Positions 21,316-32,849 of a DNA stretch of 64,000 nt are shown here, piece after piece. Origin of the DNA: Bdellovibrionota bacterium. Its GTDB lineage: Bacteria; Bdellovibrionota_C; UBA2361; JAAYZI01. The DNA is taken from contig JBMNIF010000002.1 in NCBI GenBank assembly GCA_050950765.1, forward strand, positions 1-64,000, given 5' to 3'. Below the pieces are notes generated by a model. That model ran no database searches. It saw nothing but the letters and a program-made list of their open reading frames with translations, and was not told where the DNA came from. The position numbers were made by a program, and so were the translations under genes. Each line of letters begins with the position of its first letter. The stretch's first letter is position 1.

Positions 21316-21936
21316 TTGAAATATTTTACATCTTCGCTTTGGAGTTCAAGAATGCATAACAAAAGCCGTTTGTTTTTTGCTATTTTAACCACAATCCTTT
21401 GCAGTGGGTGCGCTTCGAAACAATCTGCTGAAGTTAAAACGGTAGCAAATTGGATGTATAACGGTTCGATTGTTGTCGCCGGTCCTATTCCAGAAGTCTC
21501 AACTCCATCTGCTTCCACTATGCTTGCTTTTATGCCATCTGCTGTTACAGCTGGTAAGCTTTGGCTCTCACTTGATTCCGAAGGTGGTGTTGCGAGGATA
21601 ATGGATGGCATAACGCCTCTACAGTCTATAAAAATTGACACAAAAACCGATCTCCCAAAAGGACGTTTTGAAGTTCTCTTAAAGCAACACGATGCTTTGT
21701 GGCATGCCAGTGATGAATATTTTAAAAATCGTTCTCTCCCCGTTCCAGATTTTGGTAGTAAAGAACGTTTTTTACGTGGGGCTTTAGGCGATTCAGTCCT
21801 CTATTTTAGTGAAGATCTCGCTATTCATAATTCATTAGCCTTAATCCCTGAAGTTGGGGGCGTCTGTGTAAACGATAAAGAGATGCAACTTCTCTACAAT
21901 CACCTTGAAGTTGGTTCGATAATTGAAATCAGGTAG
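21316..21936 (+). CDS. Lipoprotein with divergent L,D-transpeptidase (YkuD)-like domain
   Basis: Lipobox CSGC; GALG...LAIH...GGVCV...LYNHLEVGSIIEI resembles the YkuD C-terminus. Confidence 0.55.
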   Translation: MKYFTSSLWSSRMHNKSRLFFAILTTILCSGCASKQSAEVKTVANWMYNGSIVVAGPIPEVSTPSASTMLAFMPSAVTAGKLWLSLDSEGGVARIMDGITPLQSIKIDTKTDLPKGRFEVLLKQHDALWHASDEYFKNRSLPVPDFGSKERFLRGALGDSVLYFSEDLAIHNSLALIPEVGGVCVNDKEMQLLYNHLEVGSIIEIR

Positions 21937-22038
21937 TGAACTTTAACAACGATCGCTTGCAGTTTTTGTTATAGATTGCTAGAAGAGGTGCGCTGTATCT
22001 TCCATCTACTTTTAGTTATATTTAGATCTTAAGGACAG

Positions 22039-24036
22039 ATGAAGAACGAAGAGACTATAAAAATAATCAAGGACGATCCCTATTTAAAGCCGCATGCCGA
22101 GTTCTTTAAGCAAATTCACAAGCAGATTAAAGCAACGGAAGAACGTATACTTGCTGGAAAAAGTTTAATAGATTTTGCAGATGCACACCATTTTTACGGA
22201 TTGCATCGCACAAAAGACGGTTGGATCTTTCGAGAATGGGCTCCGAATGCTAAGGCGATTTATTTAATCGGTGCGTTTTCTGATTGGCGGGTGCAGGATC
22301 GTTTTGCGCTCTCCCCTATCGGCAATGGAGATTGGGAGATAACACTTCCTGAAGAAACCCTTAAACACCTTGATCTTTACAGAATTTATATTGAATGGCC
22401 AGGTGGCGGTGGAGATCGTATCCCTGCTTATGCAAATTGCACCTACCAAGATCCGAATACTAAGATCTTTTCAGCTAGAGTCTGGGATACTTCATACGAA
22501 TGGGAAGTTCCAAATTTTGAAAAAAAAGATCAGCCATTATTGATCTATGAAGCGCATATCGGAATGGCTCTTGAAGAGGGGCGAGTTGGTACCTACCTTG
22601 AATTTAGAGACCAAATTTTGCCACGTATTATCAAAGCTGGCTATACAGCTCTGCAGATCATGGCCATTCAAGAACACCCTTATTACGGTTCTTTCGGCTA
22701 TCAAGTTTCTAATTTTTTTGCACCATCTTCTCGCTTCGGAACTCCCGATGAACTTAGATCGTTAATTGATGCTGCGCATCAAGCAGGGTTGCAGGTTTTC
22801 CTCGATCTTGTGCATTCGCATGCGGTTAAAAATGAGATTGAAGGCTTAAGCCGTTTCGATGGTACGTATTACAGCTATTTTCATGACGGAGAACGTGGCT
22901 ATCATCCGGTTTGGGATTCTCGTCTCTTTAATTTCGGTAAATATGAAGTGATCCGTTTTTTACTTTCGAATGCACGCTACTGGATTGATGAATTCCATTT
23001 TGATGGTTTTCGTTTTGATGGCGTCACCAGTATGCTTTATTATGATCACGGTTTAAAAGATCCCTTCACATCATACGACAAATACTTTGGCAATAACCGC
23101 ATTGATCGCGATGCTATGGTTTATTTGACGCTTGTAAATAAGATGTTGCACTCGATGGGATCAATTACCACTATTGCAGAAGATGTAAGTGGTCTGCCTG
23201 GACTAGCTGCTCCCATTGAAAGTGGCGGCGTTGGCTTTGATTATAGACTAGCACTCGGCATCCCTGATTTCTGGATAAAAACCATAAAGGAGAGGCAGGA
23301 TCAAGATTGGCATGTTGAATGGATGTTTTCCGAGATGACCAATAAGCGCCAAGATGAAAAAACCATCAGTTATGCAGAGTGCCACGATCAAGCTTTAGTC
23401 GGAGACCAAACTTTAATTTTTCGACTCCTCGATACGTTGATTTATACTAATATGCGTACCGATCAATTTAACCACTTAGTCGATCGAGCTTTGGCGTTAC
23501 ATCGCTTAATCCGTTTTATTACAGCGACAACAGCAGGTCACGGATACCTAAATTTTATGGGAAACGAATTCGGGCATCCTGAGTGGATTGATTTTCCGAG
23601 AGAAGGTAATAACTGGTCATTTCATCATGCCAGACGGCTATGGAGTTTGGTTGATGATCCGAACCTTAATTATAAGTACCTTGGAGAGTTTGATCGTGCC
23701 CTACTCGATTTCATCAAGCAACGTGATCTGTTTAAACACGGTGGTGCGCAATACCTTTCCAGTCATGTTGAAAATCAAACCCTTTCTTATGCACGGGGTG
23801 GTGCTATCTTTGTTTTAAGTTTTAATCCATCACAATCATTTGTTCATTTTAGGACTCCGTTACCGCAAGGTTCTCCCCTTAAAGATTATGAAATCATCTT
23901 TGATTCTGATGATAAGCGTTTCTTAGGTAATGGTCGTATAGATAAGAGCTATAAGATCCCTGTCACTAAGGTCTCTGATAATTGCTATGAATTGGAGTTG
24001 TATCTACCAACCAGAACGGGGCTTGTGTTAGTGTAA
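22039..24036 (+). CDS. glgB: 1,4-alpha-glucan branching enzyme (GH13, GBE1-like type)
   Basis: FREWAPNA, IYEAHIGM, YYGSFGYQV, FDGFRFDGVTSM and YAECHDQALVGD. Confidence 0.95.
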   Translation: MKNEETIKIIKDDPYLKPHAEFFKQIHKQIKATEERILAGKSLIDFADAHHFYGLHRTKDGWIFREWAPNAKAIYLIGAFSDWRVQDRFALSPIGNGDWEITLPEETLKHLDLYRIYIEWPGGGGDRIPAYANCTYQDPNTKIFSARVWDTSYEWEVPNFEKKDQPLLIYEAHIGMALEEGRVGTYLEFRDQILPRIIKAGYTALQIMAIQEHPYYGSFGYQVSNFFAPSSRFGTPDELRSLIDAAHQAGLQVFLDLVHSHAVKNEIEGLSRFDGTYYSYFHDGERGYHPVWDSRLFNFGKYEVIRFLLSNARYWIDEFHFDGFRFDGVTSMLYYDHGLKDPFTSYDKYFGNNRIDRDAMVYLTLVNKMLHSMGSITTIAEDVSGLPGLAAPIESGGVGFDYRLALGIPDFWIKTIKERQDQDWHVEWMFSEMTNKRQDEKTISYAECHDQALVGDQTLIFRLLDTLIYTNMRTDQFNHLVDRALALHRLIRFITATTAGHGYLNFMGNEFGHPEWIDFPREGNNWSFHHARRLWSLVDDPNLNYKYLGEFDRALLDFIKQRDLFKHGGAQYLSSHVENQTLSYARGGAIFVLSFNPSQSFVHFRTPLPQGSPLKDYEIIFDSDDKRFLGNGRIDKSYKIPVTKVSDNCYELELYLPTRTGLVLV

Positions 24037-24073
24037 GCGTTACTTATTTATGGAATTATAAAAGACAATCAAA

Positions 24074-24106
24074 AAAAAGGGAGGTGTATTTTACACCTCC
24101 CTTTTT
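24074..24106. terminator. Bidirectional intrinsic terminator between glgB and gap
   Basis: AAAAAGGGAGGTGTA...TACACCTCCCTTTTT hairpin between convergent genes. Confidence 0.85.
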
Positions 24107-24137
24107 ACACAGCTCTATATTAAAAGTTTAGCTAAGT

Positions 24138-25190
<1,053 letters not shown>

Positions 25191-25408
25191 TTACCTTACA
25201 GGGGGTAGCTTGCGTCAATACAAGTGTAGGAATTCTTACACGTAAACCCTCGATCGGTCAACGTTATAAGCTAAGATCTTTTTTGTCGCAGAGTGAAATT
25301 TATCACGCCTACACCACTCTGCGCATAACAATATTTTATTTTCAACCTATGCCAAAAGGCATCTTCACAAAATTATCTCCACTAAAAAAGGAGCCCTTAA
25401 ATTACCCC

Positions 25409-26590
25409 TTATTCCTGAAGAGGTTGTAAATTATCCCTACCCTCCTCCCCTTTTTTTGAATCCTCATAACGGATTGCATGACGGAAGATATATGTAGAAA
25501 CAGGGAGTCCCAACAAAAACCCCCAAACTCCAAAAACCTTCCCGCACGTCGTCAAAATAGCGAGCACTAAAACGGGATTTATGTGCATATGTTGCCCGTA
25601 GATCTTGGGATTGAGTACGTAAGCCTCAATCATATGAATAACTGTAATTAACAGGATAGCAAGGAACATCAGCCAAAAACCACCTGATTGTAATGCCATC
25701 AAACAGATCGGGATAGAGCTGATAAAAACTCCTGCAATCGGGATAAAGCTACAAAAGAAAACTATCACCGAGAGAAAAGCGATCTTTCCAGTAATTCCGA
25801 GAATCCATAAGCCGATAGCTGTCAATACGGTATTAAGCAGGGCGATCATAGCTTGCGCCTCAAAAGCACGTCCCAGCTCTCTTCCAAAGCCTGCAATACT
25901 TCCTGCAACCTCTTCATAAATAAAAGCTACTTTAGTATGTGAAAGATCTTTGACAGATTTTGTTAAGCGGGGCAGATCTAGCACTATTAGGAAAGAGAAA
26001 AGTACCGATAATAAAAATGATGACATCGCACCCAGTAGCGTTGTACCGAGATTAGTAACCTTCCCTGTTAAATATTTTACGATCTCCCCATTTTTCTCCT
26101 CTTCGTCATTTCCTCCGATCATGGATTGCAGCAACGACAAAGTTGGAGATTTTGAAGCATCCCATTCTGATTCTGGTTGTATTTCATTAACGTGATCAAG
26201 ATCTTCTGCGGAGAGTCCAATAGCAAAACTAATAATATTAGAATCTTTGGCGAGATCTAGAAGATGCCGATCAATAGTTCTGATATATTCCGGAATATGG
26301 GTAATCGTATTTTTAGCTTGCGTCTTTATGTATGGCACTAAATAAGAGCTAACTGTAACAATTAGGCCTAAAAAAATAACCCCAACAAGAGTCACCCTTA
26401 AAGGACGAGACTTAATTCTCGATTTTAAGTGTTGTACTGCATGCGCCTGCATATAAGAAAAAACGAAGGTTAAGAACATCAACAAAAAAAACGACCGCAA
26501 GATATAGACAACCGAAAAAAGTCCCCCCCAAACAATTATTCGTGCCCCGATCGATAATAAATGTGAAAACTCCCTTTCCGTTTTACTCAT
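25409..26590 (-). CDS. AI-2E family transporter
   Basis: Multi-TM protein with SFIPIAG, EAYVLNPKIYG...HINP and GVWGFLLGLP. Confidence 0.85.
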   Translation of the reverse strand: MSKTEREFSHLLSIGARIIVWGGLFSVVYILRSFFLLMFLTFVFSYMQAHAVQHLKSRIKSRPLRVTLVGVIFLGLIVTVSSYLVPYIKTQAKNTITHIPEYIRTIDRHLLDLAKDSNIISFAIGLSAEDLDHVNEIQPESEWDASKSPTLSLLQSMIGGNDEEEKNGEIVKYLTGKVTNLGTTLLGAMSSFLLSVLFSFLIVLDLPRLTKSVKDLSHTKVAFIYEEVAGSIAGFGRELGRAFEAQAMIALLNTVLTAIGLWILGITGKIAFLSVIVFFCSFIPIAGVFISSIPICLMALQSGGFWLMFLAILLITVIHMIEAYVLNPKIYGQHMHINPVLVLAILTTCGKVFGVWGFLLGLPVSTYIFRHAIRYEDSKKGEEGRDNLQPLQE

Positions 26591-26725
26591 GATTTTTACA
26601 TTCCTAAAAGTAATTTTTTAAGATTGACTTACACTATCACTCCAATCAAGCAGATCTTTCTGCTAAAAATATTTAATTCGCCTGAGCATAGTACGATACA
26701 AAGAATGGCGCAAAAATAATTTTTA

Positions 26726-27319
26726 TCACCACTTTTCAAGAAAACACTCCAACATTTCGTGGATAGGCAACTCTCCGTTAATTACGTAATCAGCATACTC
26801 TCGAAGCGGCGCACAGAACTTAGAATAAGCAGGCTCTACGGTAGTAACCCATTGATTTTCAACAAAATCTTTAGTTCTGCCACGCTCCATAACGTCACGT
26901 TGCAAACGTCTAGTAAAGCGCACGGCATCTGAAGCGTCAATAAAGATCTTACAATCAAAGACATCCCGCACCTCTTTCCAGTAAAATGTTAAAATCCCCT
27001 CAACGATAATTGTTTTTAAAGGGTGGATCGTTACACTCTCAGTTGTCCTAAGTGAAGTTTTAAAATCATAGCAGGGGCACTCAATCGTTTTCCCTTGTCG
27101 CAGATCTCGCAAATGTTTAAGTAACAATAGATCCTCAATAGAGCTCGGATCATCATAATCTAATTTTACTGGCTCTTTCACACCGTCTTTAACTTGTGGA
27201 AGGGTCTTATAATAACTATCAACTGAAATAATGACAGAATCACCTAGCTTCTCTTTTAATGAGTGGGCAAATGTTGTCTTCCCACTTGCTGTGCCACCTG
27301 CGATTCCAATTATACGCAT
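26726..27319 (-). CDS. udk: Uridine kinase
   Basis: IGIAGGTASGKTT, IIVEGIL and RRLQRDVMERGR. Confidence 0.9.
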   Translation of the reverse strand: MRIIGIAGGTASGKTTFAHSLKEKLGDSVIISVDSYYKTLPQVKDGVKEPVKLDYDDPSSIEDLLLLKHLRDLRQGKTIECPCYDFKTSLRTTESVTIHPLKTIIVEGILTFYWKEVRDVFDCKIFIDASDAVRFTRRLQRDVMERGRTKDFVENQWVTTVEPAYSKFCAPLREYADYVINGELPIHEMLECFLEKW

Positions 27320-27453
27320 AACAACCCTACAATCAGTACTTTTCGTTCAAAACCGTTTCTCTAAAACGACGTAAATACCCTAAAAGAACAGTATACATAA
27401 AAACGAGCGCCCAGCTACAAACTTTCGCAAAAAAATCCGTAAAATTCCTATTT

Positions 27454-29472
27454 TTAATCGATCCTATAAAGCTTCTGAGAATAGAGATACCACGGCAGAT
27501 AGGCGTATGACATGGCATCTTTTAACATTTCAGGATCAAGAGTTGTCGGAACCAAAGATGAATCGTGTAGTTGAAATTGCAAGGGGGTAACAAAGGGACG
27601 CATGATGATCACCTGATCCCCTTCTTGATAAGCAGCGTTCTCAGCAAACTGCATCATGGCGCGTCCGATAGCACCTTTCGGAAGTGTCATAACATTTCTA
27701 CCTATCATGGGATGGATCGTATCTAAACCGGAAAAATGAAGAGCTGTCGGCATCAGATCAATCTGACTACTTAAGAGAGTTACGGTTTTTTTCGGAACAT
27801 TCGGTCCGATGATAAAGGCAGGGACATGGAATTTATCTATCGGCACTAGATCATTACCGACTACGTGAGAATTATGATCAGCAACTACTATAAAAATAGT
27901 ATTATCATAGTAAGGTTCTTTCTTTGCCAATTCAAAAAAAAGTCCTAAAGCATAATCTGCATATTTTACAGCGTTACGGTGTGTTTCTTTCGGTTGCTCA
28001 TAAAGCTCAATCCGTCCATCAGGATATTCATACGGCACATGATTAGAAGTTGTTAAAATTAGGGAAAAAAACGGTTGATCTCCGTGTGCTTTAAAAATTT
28101 CATTGGCACGCCTGAAAAGATCTTCATCAGAGACACCCCATGTTGTCGAAAAAACGGGGTCTTTAAAAGTAGGCTCATCATAGATGTTATCAAAACCGTT
28201 TCCCATAAAGAAAGATCGCATCTCGTCAAAATTACTTACTCCCCCATAAATAAATTCAGTCTCGTAATTATGCTTTTTTAAAAGCTCGGCAATCGTAAAA
28301 AAATCATTCTTCGCAAGGTTTAATTTAACAACACTACGGTTTGCTGTCGGTAAAAAACCGCTAACAACAGCTTCAATGCCACGAACGGTTCTGGTTCCTG
28401 TGGCATATAAATTAGAAAACCACAAACCCTCATCCTTTAGACGACATAAATTAGGTGTAATATCTGGACCATCAAGACAACCTGTATCAACTGCTCCGAC
28501 ACTTTCAAGTAGAACGACCACAATATTTGCAGGACGATCATATTTATAAGGAGATTTTTGCTCATGTAAAAATGGAATATCTCCCTCAAAGTAAGTATTT
28601 TCAGGCTGCTCTACAAGGGGTCTTAAATGTTTAATAGCATCTGCTTCAGATAGTTTGCCATACAGAGTGGAAGGATTCTTTTCATGATATAGGTCTCTGT
28701 ATAAAGCATAAAGTAAAGTATAAGTAGAATTGAGCGCAAACTCGTTAGCTAAATGATTATTAGAAAAATAAGCGGTAGAGAGATTAACAGGGCGGTGACC
28801 TAAAGTTGAACGTGCTCCAATCACAAATATTCCAACAACAAAGGGAAAGACTAATAAACGCACCCTCCAATTCCAAGCAGAATAGGATCTGATAACTTTG
28901 TCTGTTAGCTTTGCGATAAGTATGCCTATCGTCACTAAAACGATACAACAAAAAATAAGTTGCGTCTTATAAGCCGTCCACAATGTCCCGAAAACTTCTT
29001 TAGGATGCCCCAAATATTCAAAAAATTTACGATCTGGACGGAGATCGTATTCTTCTACAAACTGGAATGTAGCGATCTCCATGTATAACAATAGCAACAC
29101 TACCGCCACACTCCAGCAGATAAAGAACTTACGCCATTTAAGCACTAATTCCTTAGGCATAAGAAAGATCAATATTACGGGCAGCGCTAAAAGGTAACAC
29201 ATAATAATGGTATCCATGCGCAACCCAATCGGAAAAAGCCACAAGACATGCGGTGTATTTAGGAGACGTTCCCAATAAAAAAGAGTTAGCAGCGCTCTAA
29301 AGCTGCTCATTATAATAAGACCGATAGCGAAGATTAAAAGGATAGGAAGTAAAGGACCTAAGATTATTTTAAACCTTGCTGATTTTTGCTGCATACCACT
29401 TGCCAACATATTTAGTAAACCGTTTTTAAGGAGTTCTCTTTTTAGGGCTCCTCTTCTCAACACTCTAACCAC
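27454..29472 (-). CDS. LTA synthase/OpgB-like membrane sulfatase family protein; start uncertain
   Basis: N-terminal TM segments, then LLES, TGTRTVRG, TTSNHVPY and IVVADH. Confidence 0.88.
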   Translation of the reverse strand: MVRVLRRGALKRELLKNGLLNMLASGMQQKSARFKIILGPLLPILLIFAIGLIIMSSFRALLTLFYWERLLNTPHVLWLFPIGLRMDTIIMCYLLALPVILIFLMPKELVLKWRKFFICWSVAVVLLLLYMEIATFQFVEEYDLRPDRKFFEYLGHPKEVFGTLWTAYKTQLIFCCIVLVTIGILIAKLTDKVIRSYSAWNWRVRLLVFPFVVGIFVIGARSTLGHRPVNLSTAYFSNNHLANEFALNSTYTLLYALYRDLYHEKNPSTLYGKLSEADAIKHLRPLVEQPENTYFEGDIPFLHEQKSPYKYDRPANIVVVLLESVGAVDTGCLDGPDITPNLCRLKDEGLWFSNLYATGTRTVRGIEAVVSGFLPTANRSVVKLNLAKNDFFTIAELLKKHNYETEFIYGGVSNFDEMRSFFMGNGFDNIYDEPTFKDPVFSTTWGVSDEDLFRRANEIFKAHGDQPFFSLILTTSNHVPYEYPDGRIELYEQPKETHRNAVKYADYALGLFFELAKKEPYYDNTIFIVVADHNSHVVGNDLVPIDKFHVPAFIIGPNVPKKTVTLLSSQIDLMPTALHFSGLDTIHPMIGRNVMTLPKGAIGRAMMQFAENAAYQEGDQVIIMRPFVTPLQFQLHDSSLVPTTLDPEMLKDAMSYAYLPWYLYSQKLYRID

Positions 29473-29601
29473 TCAAATTATTTCATACAATTAAAATCAC
29501 TGAAGATTACCAAAAGATAATGTTGCGGTTATTTTCATAATTAAATAAATTGCTGAGGTTGTCTTGAGGTTCTCTCTGTAAATAGTGCCTCCTCTCTATT
29601 A

Positions 29602-30291
29602 ATGGTTAACTTTATGCGGATACTACTCGTTGAAGACGATCTGAAAATCGCTACCTTTATCAAAAAAGGGCTGGAGCAATCAGGTCATACTGTCTTACAC
29701 GTCACAGACGGCGAAGCTGGTTGTCAACAAGCTATGAAAGCACCCTTTGATGTGGCAGTATTTGATATTATGTTACCGAAGCAAGATGGATTAAGCGCTA
29801 TTAAAACATTGCGCACTAATGAAATAACTTTACCGATCTTAGTTTTAAGCGCTAAGAACCTCGTCTCTGATAAAGTTAAAGGTCTAACCCTCGGTGCGGA
29901 TGACTACCTCACAAAACCCTTTTCTTTTTCTGAACTATTAGCTCGTTTGGAGACGTTAACACGTCGTGTTAATAAAGCTTCTCTTAGCATGGAACGACGA
30001 GCTGATGACTTAGTAATAAACCTTGAAAGCCGACGTGTTTTTCGATCAGGGCAAGAGATCTTTTTACAGCCGAAGGAGTTTGACCTGCTACGTTATCTGA
30101 TAGACAACCAAGGGCGCGTTGTCACGAAAGCAATGATTATAAAAAATGTTTGGAATTATAATTTCGATCCGAACACTAATATCGTTGAAACAAGGATGGG
30201 CAAGCTACGAGAACAGATAGATCGGGAGTTCCCGTTAAAGTTGATTCATACTATCAGAGGTGTCGGATATGTCCTTAAAACAGCTACGTAA
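29602..30291 (+). CDS. OmpR/CusR-type response regulator
   Basis: LLVEDD, DIMLP, GADDYLTKPF and IHTIRGVGY. Confidence 0.95.
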   Translation: MVNFMRILLVEDDLKIATFIKKGLEQSGHTVLHVTDGEAGCQQAMKAPFDVAVFDIMLPKQDGLSAIKTLRTNEITLPILVLSAKNLVSDKVKGLTLGADDYLTKPFSFSELLARLETLTRRVNKASLSMERRADDLVINLESRRVFRSGQEIFLQPKEFDLLRYLIDNQGRVVTKAMIIKNVWNYNFDPNTNIVETRMGKLREQIDREFPLKLIHTIRGVGYVLKTAT

Positions 30292-31675
30292 TTTTTTCCT
30301 TTCATTACGCTTCCGTGTGACGTTTTGGTTTGTTGGGACATTCACCCTACTCCTTTTTATTTTGCTTATTACCTTCTATTTTATAGTTCGTTCCGATCTG
30401 CATAAAGCAACAGATGCACCAATTGTTTTTGAGCTGGAAGAGTTGGCTAATGTCTATCGCAATCACGGCATAAAAGGGTGCGCAGCACAGATAGATGAGG
30501 AGTCAGAAGAGTACGGCGCTAATAGGATTTTTTATAGGATCTTAGATAGTAACTATAAAGAGCTGCTGCATTCAGATCTCTCTACTTGGGGGAAAATTCC
30601 CATCAACTGGGCAGTTTTAAACAATTTGCAAGATCGTAAATATATCAGTGAAACGGTTTTGCTTCCTCAAAAAAACAGAGAAATACGTATTGTTTCAATG
30701 AAACTTGATGACGGTAACTTAATAGCTCAAAGCGGAATCTATCTTAATGCAGAGTTAGAACAGGTCGCTTATTACAGAAAAATGTTGCCAATAATCGGTA
30801 TCTCCATAACTTTATTAGCTGCTGTCATCGGTTTCTTTGTAGTTCACAGACTAGTTAAAAGAATTGATGATGTCACAGCTTTAGCTGGTTCTATCTCTTC
30901 CTCAAACCTAACGCAGCGCTTACCGTTACAATATGGTGCCGATGAAATTAACGCACTCGCCACAGAGATCAATCAGATGTTGGATAGGATTGAAAATTTA
31001 GTCGCTGAAATAAAACAGATTAGTGACGGCTTGGCGCATGATCTCAGAAGCTCGATCGCGCGTATACGGGCAGGTGCGGAGATAATACTCGGTAATGAAC
31101 ACCTTGATCTCACACTACAAGAGGGTGTCGCTGATACAATTGAGGAGTGCGATCGTGTTTTAGCGATGGTTAATTCAATGTTGGATATCTCTCAGGTAGA
31201 TGCAGGAACGATCAATTTTGAGATGGATCTACTAAATCTCTCAACTTTAGTAGCAGATGCTGTTGAACTTTTTGAAGCGGTGGCAGCAGATAAACACCTA
31301 GAAATAACTCTTGCAAAGGAAGATAATTTAACTGTTAAAGGTGAAGTCGGTATGTTGCAACGCATAGTTTCTAATCTAATTGATAACGCCATTAAATTTA
31401 CGCCTGAGGGTGGTTCTATTACAATTAAGCTTTTTGCAGATGGTGGCTTTGTTACGTTTATCTGTGAAGATTCCGGAATTGGAATTGCAGAGCAAGATCT
31501 ACCTAATGTGTTTAACCGTTTTTATCGGTGTGATAGTAGTAGATCAAGCTCTGGTAACGGCTTAGGCTTAACGATCTGCAGATCTTTTATCAAAGCCCAC
31601 GGAGGATCTATCAAAATCTCCAGTAAAAAAGATCACGGCACGACAGTTACTTTTACCCTTCCTAAAGAGAGGTGA
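30260..31675 (+). CDS. HAMP-domain sensor histidine kinase
   Basis: Two TM segments, HAMP, AHDLRS, NLIDNAIKF, DSGIG and GNGLGL. Confidence 0.95.
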   Translation: MSDMSLKQLRNFFLSLRFRVTFWFVGTFTLLLFILLITFYFIVRSDLHKATDAPIVFELEELANVYRNHGIKGCAAQIDEESEEYGANRIFYRILDSNYKELLHSDLSTWGKIPINWAVLNNLQDRKYISETVLLPQKNREIRIVSMKLDDGNLIAQSGIYLNAELEQVAYYRKMLPIIGISITLLAAVIGFFVVHRLVKRIDDVTALAGSISSSNLTQRLPLQYGADEINALATEINQMLDRIENLVAEIKQISDGLAHDLRSSIARIRAGAEIILGNEHLDLTLQEGVADTIEECDRVLAMVNSMLDISQVDAGTINFEMDLLNLSTLVADAVELFEAVAADKHLEITLAKEDNLTVKGEVGMLQRIVSNLIDNAIKFTPEGGSITIKLFADGGFVTFICEDSGIGIAEQDLPNVFNRFYRCDSSRSSSGNGLGLTICRSFIKAHGGSIKISSKKDHGTTVTFTLPKER

Positions 31676-32610
31676 TAATGCAAGAAAGAGCAAAAAAAAT
31701 ACTTATCTTTTACAACCCGATCTCAGGACGGGGGCAATCAAAAAGTGTTGCTGCTGATTTTGCAGAAAAGTTGAAAGGTAAAAATTATCCAATACTGTTA
31801 ATGGAATCTAAGCGCAGTTCAGATGAATATTTGCAGATCTTATCAGAGATAACAGATAGCTCTTTAATTATAGTGGTAGGTGGTGATGGTACACTACTAA
31901 ATATGCTCCCCTTACTAGCAACATCAAAGGTACCTGTTTTTATGATTCCAAGTGGCAACGAATCACTTTTTGCTCAAATTTACGGGATGAATAAAAGCTT
32001 TGCACAATTATCCAACGCTTTAGAAAATGGAGAAGTTTTACAGCAGTATTACGGATTGATTTCAACAACAACCCCAAATAATAAAACAACCTCCACTGTT
32101 CCTTTCTATATTATGGCGAGTATGGGGCTTGATTCTTTAACGGTAAGAAATATCGGTAAAAGATCTACCCCTATCAACGACTTTACCTATATAAAATACG
32201 GACTAAAAGCACTTCTGACTCTACATCATCCCCTAGTCTCCATAACTGTTGACGGCTCTACCATCCTTGAAAAAGAGCAGGGATATTTTATCGTTGCCAA
32301 TTCTGCTTCATATGCACACAACCTACAACTTGTGCCACAAGCTTCACCGTCAGAAAGGCGCTTAGATCTCGGTTTTTTACCGAATGCTAATATTCTACAT
32401 GAACTAAAAAAATCGTATTGGATGGCACGTTACCAACCTGCCAAGCTCCCTATGCAATACTACTCAGGAGAAAAGATAGAGATAACACTACACTCCCCAG
32501 ATTATCCTCTACAAGTAGACGGTGAATATTTTGGTCTAAAAGAGATCTCAGCAGGGAGTAAGGTGACTTTCTCCTTAGCAGAAACTCCCATCAACGTTCT
32601 CTGCCCTTAA
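31672..32610 (+). CDS. Diacylglycerol/lipid kinase family protein
   Basis: NPISGRG, GGDGT, PSGNES and LQVDGE. Confidence 0.85.
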   Translation: MIMQERAKKILIFYNPISGRGQSKSVAADFAEKLKGKNYPILLMESKRSSDEYLQILSEITDSSLIIVVGGDGTLLNMLPLLATSKVPVFMIPSGNESLFAQIYGMNKSFAQLSNALENGEVLQQYYGLISTTTPNNKTTSTVPFYIMASMGLDSLTVRNIGKRSTPINDFTYIKYGLKALLTLHHPLVSITVDGSTILEKEQGYFIVANSASYAHNLQLVPQASPSERRLDLGFLPNANILHELKKSYWMARYQPAKLPMQYYSGEKIEITLHSPDYPLQVDGEYFGLKEISAGSKVTFSLAETPINVLCP

Positions 32611-32800
32611 AAAACCTTTTTCCTCACCAAGCTCTAAACAATGCTCTTTACTCGTAAGGATCTTTTTCCTCACCGAGACTCTAATCAACATCCCTTGCTC
32701 GCAAGAATCTTTTTCCTCACCAAGCTCTAAACAACATCCCTTACCCGCAAAAATTCTTTTCCTCACCAAGCTCTAAACAACACCACCCGAAAAATCTCCC
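32567..32800 (+). repeat. ~47-bp degenerate tandem repeat
   Basis: Units of the form CTTTT(T)CCTCACC...CTCTAA at 32616, 32662, 32709 and 32756; related to the kinase gene 3' end at 32567. Confidence 0.8.
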
Positions 32801-32849
32801 TCAACTACTGAAGATACTCCTTTTAAGGTAATAAAGATTGATGAGCTAC

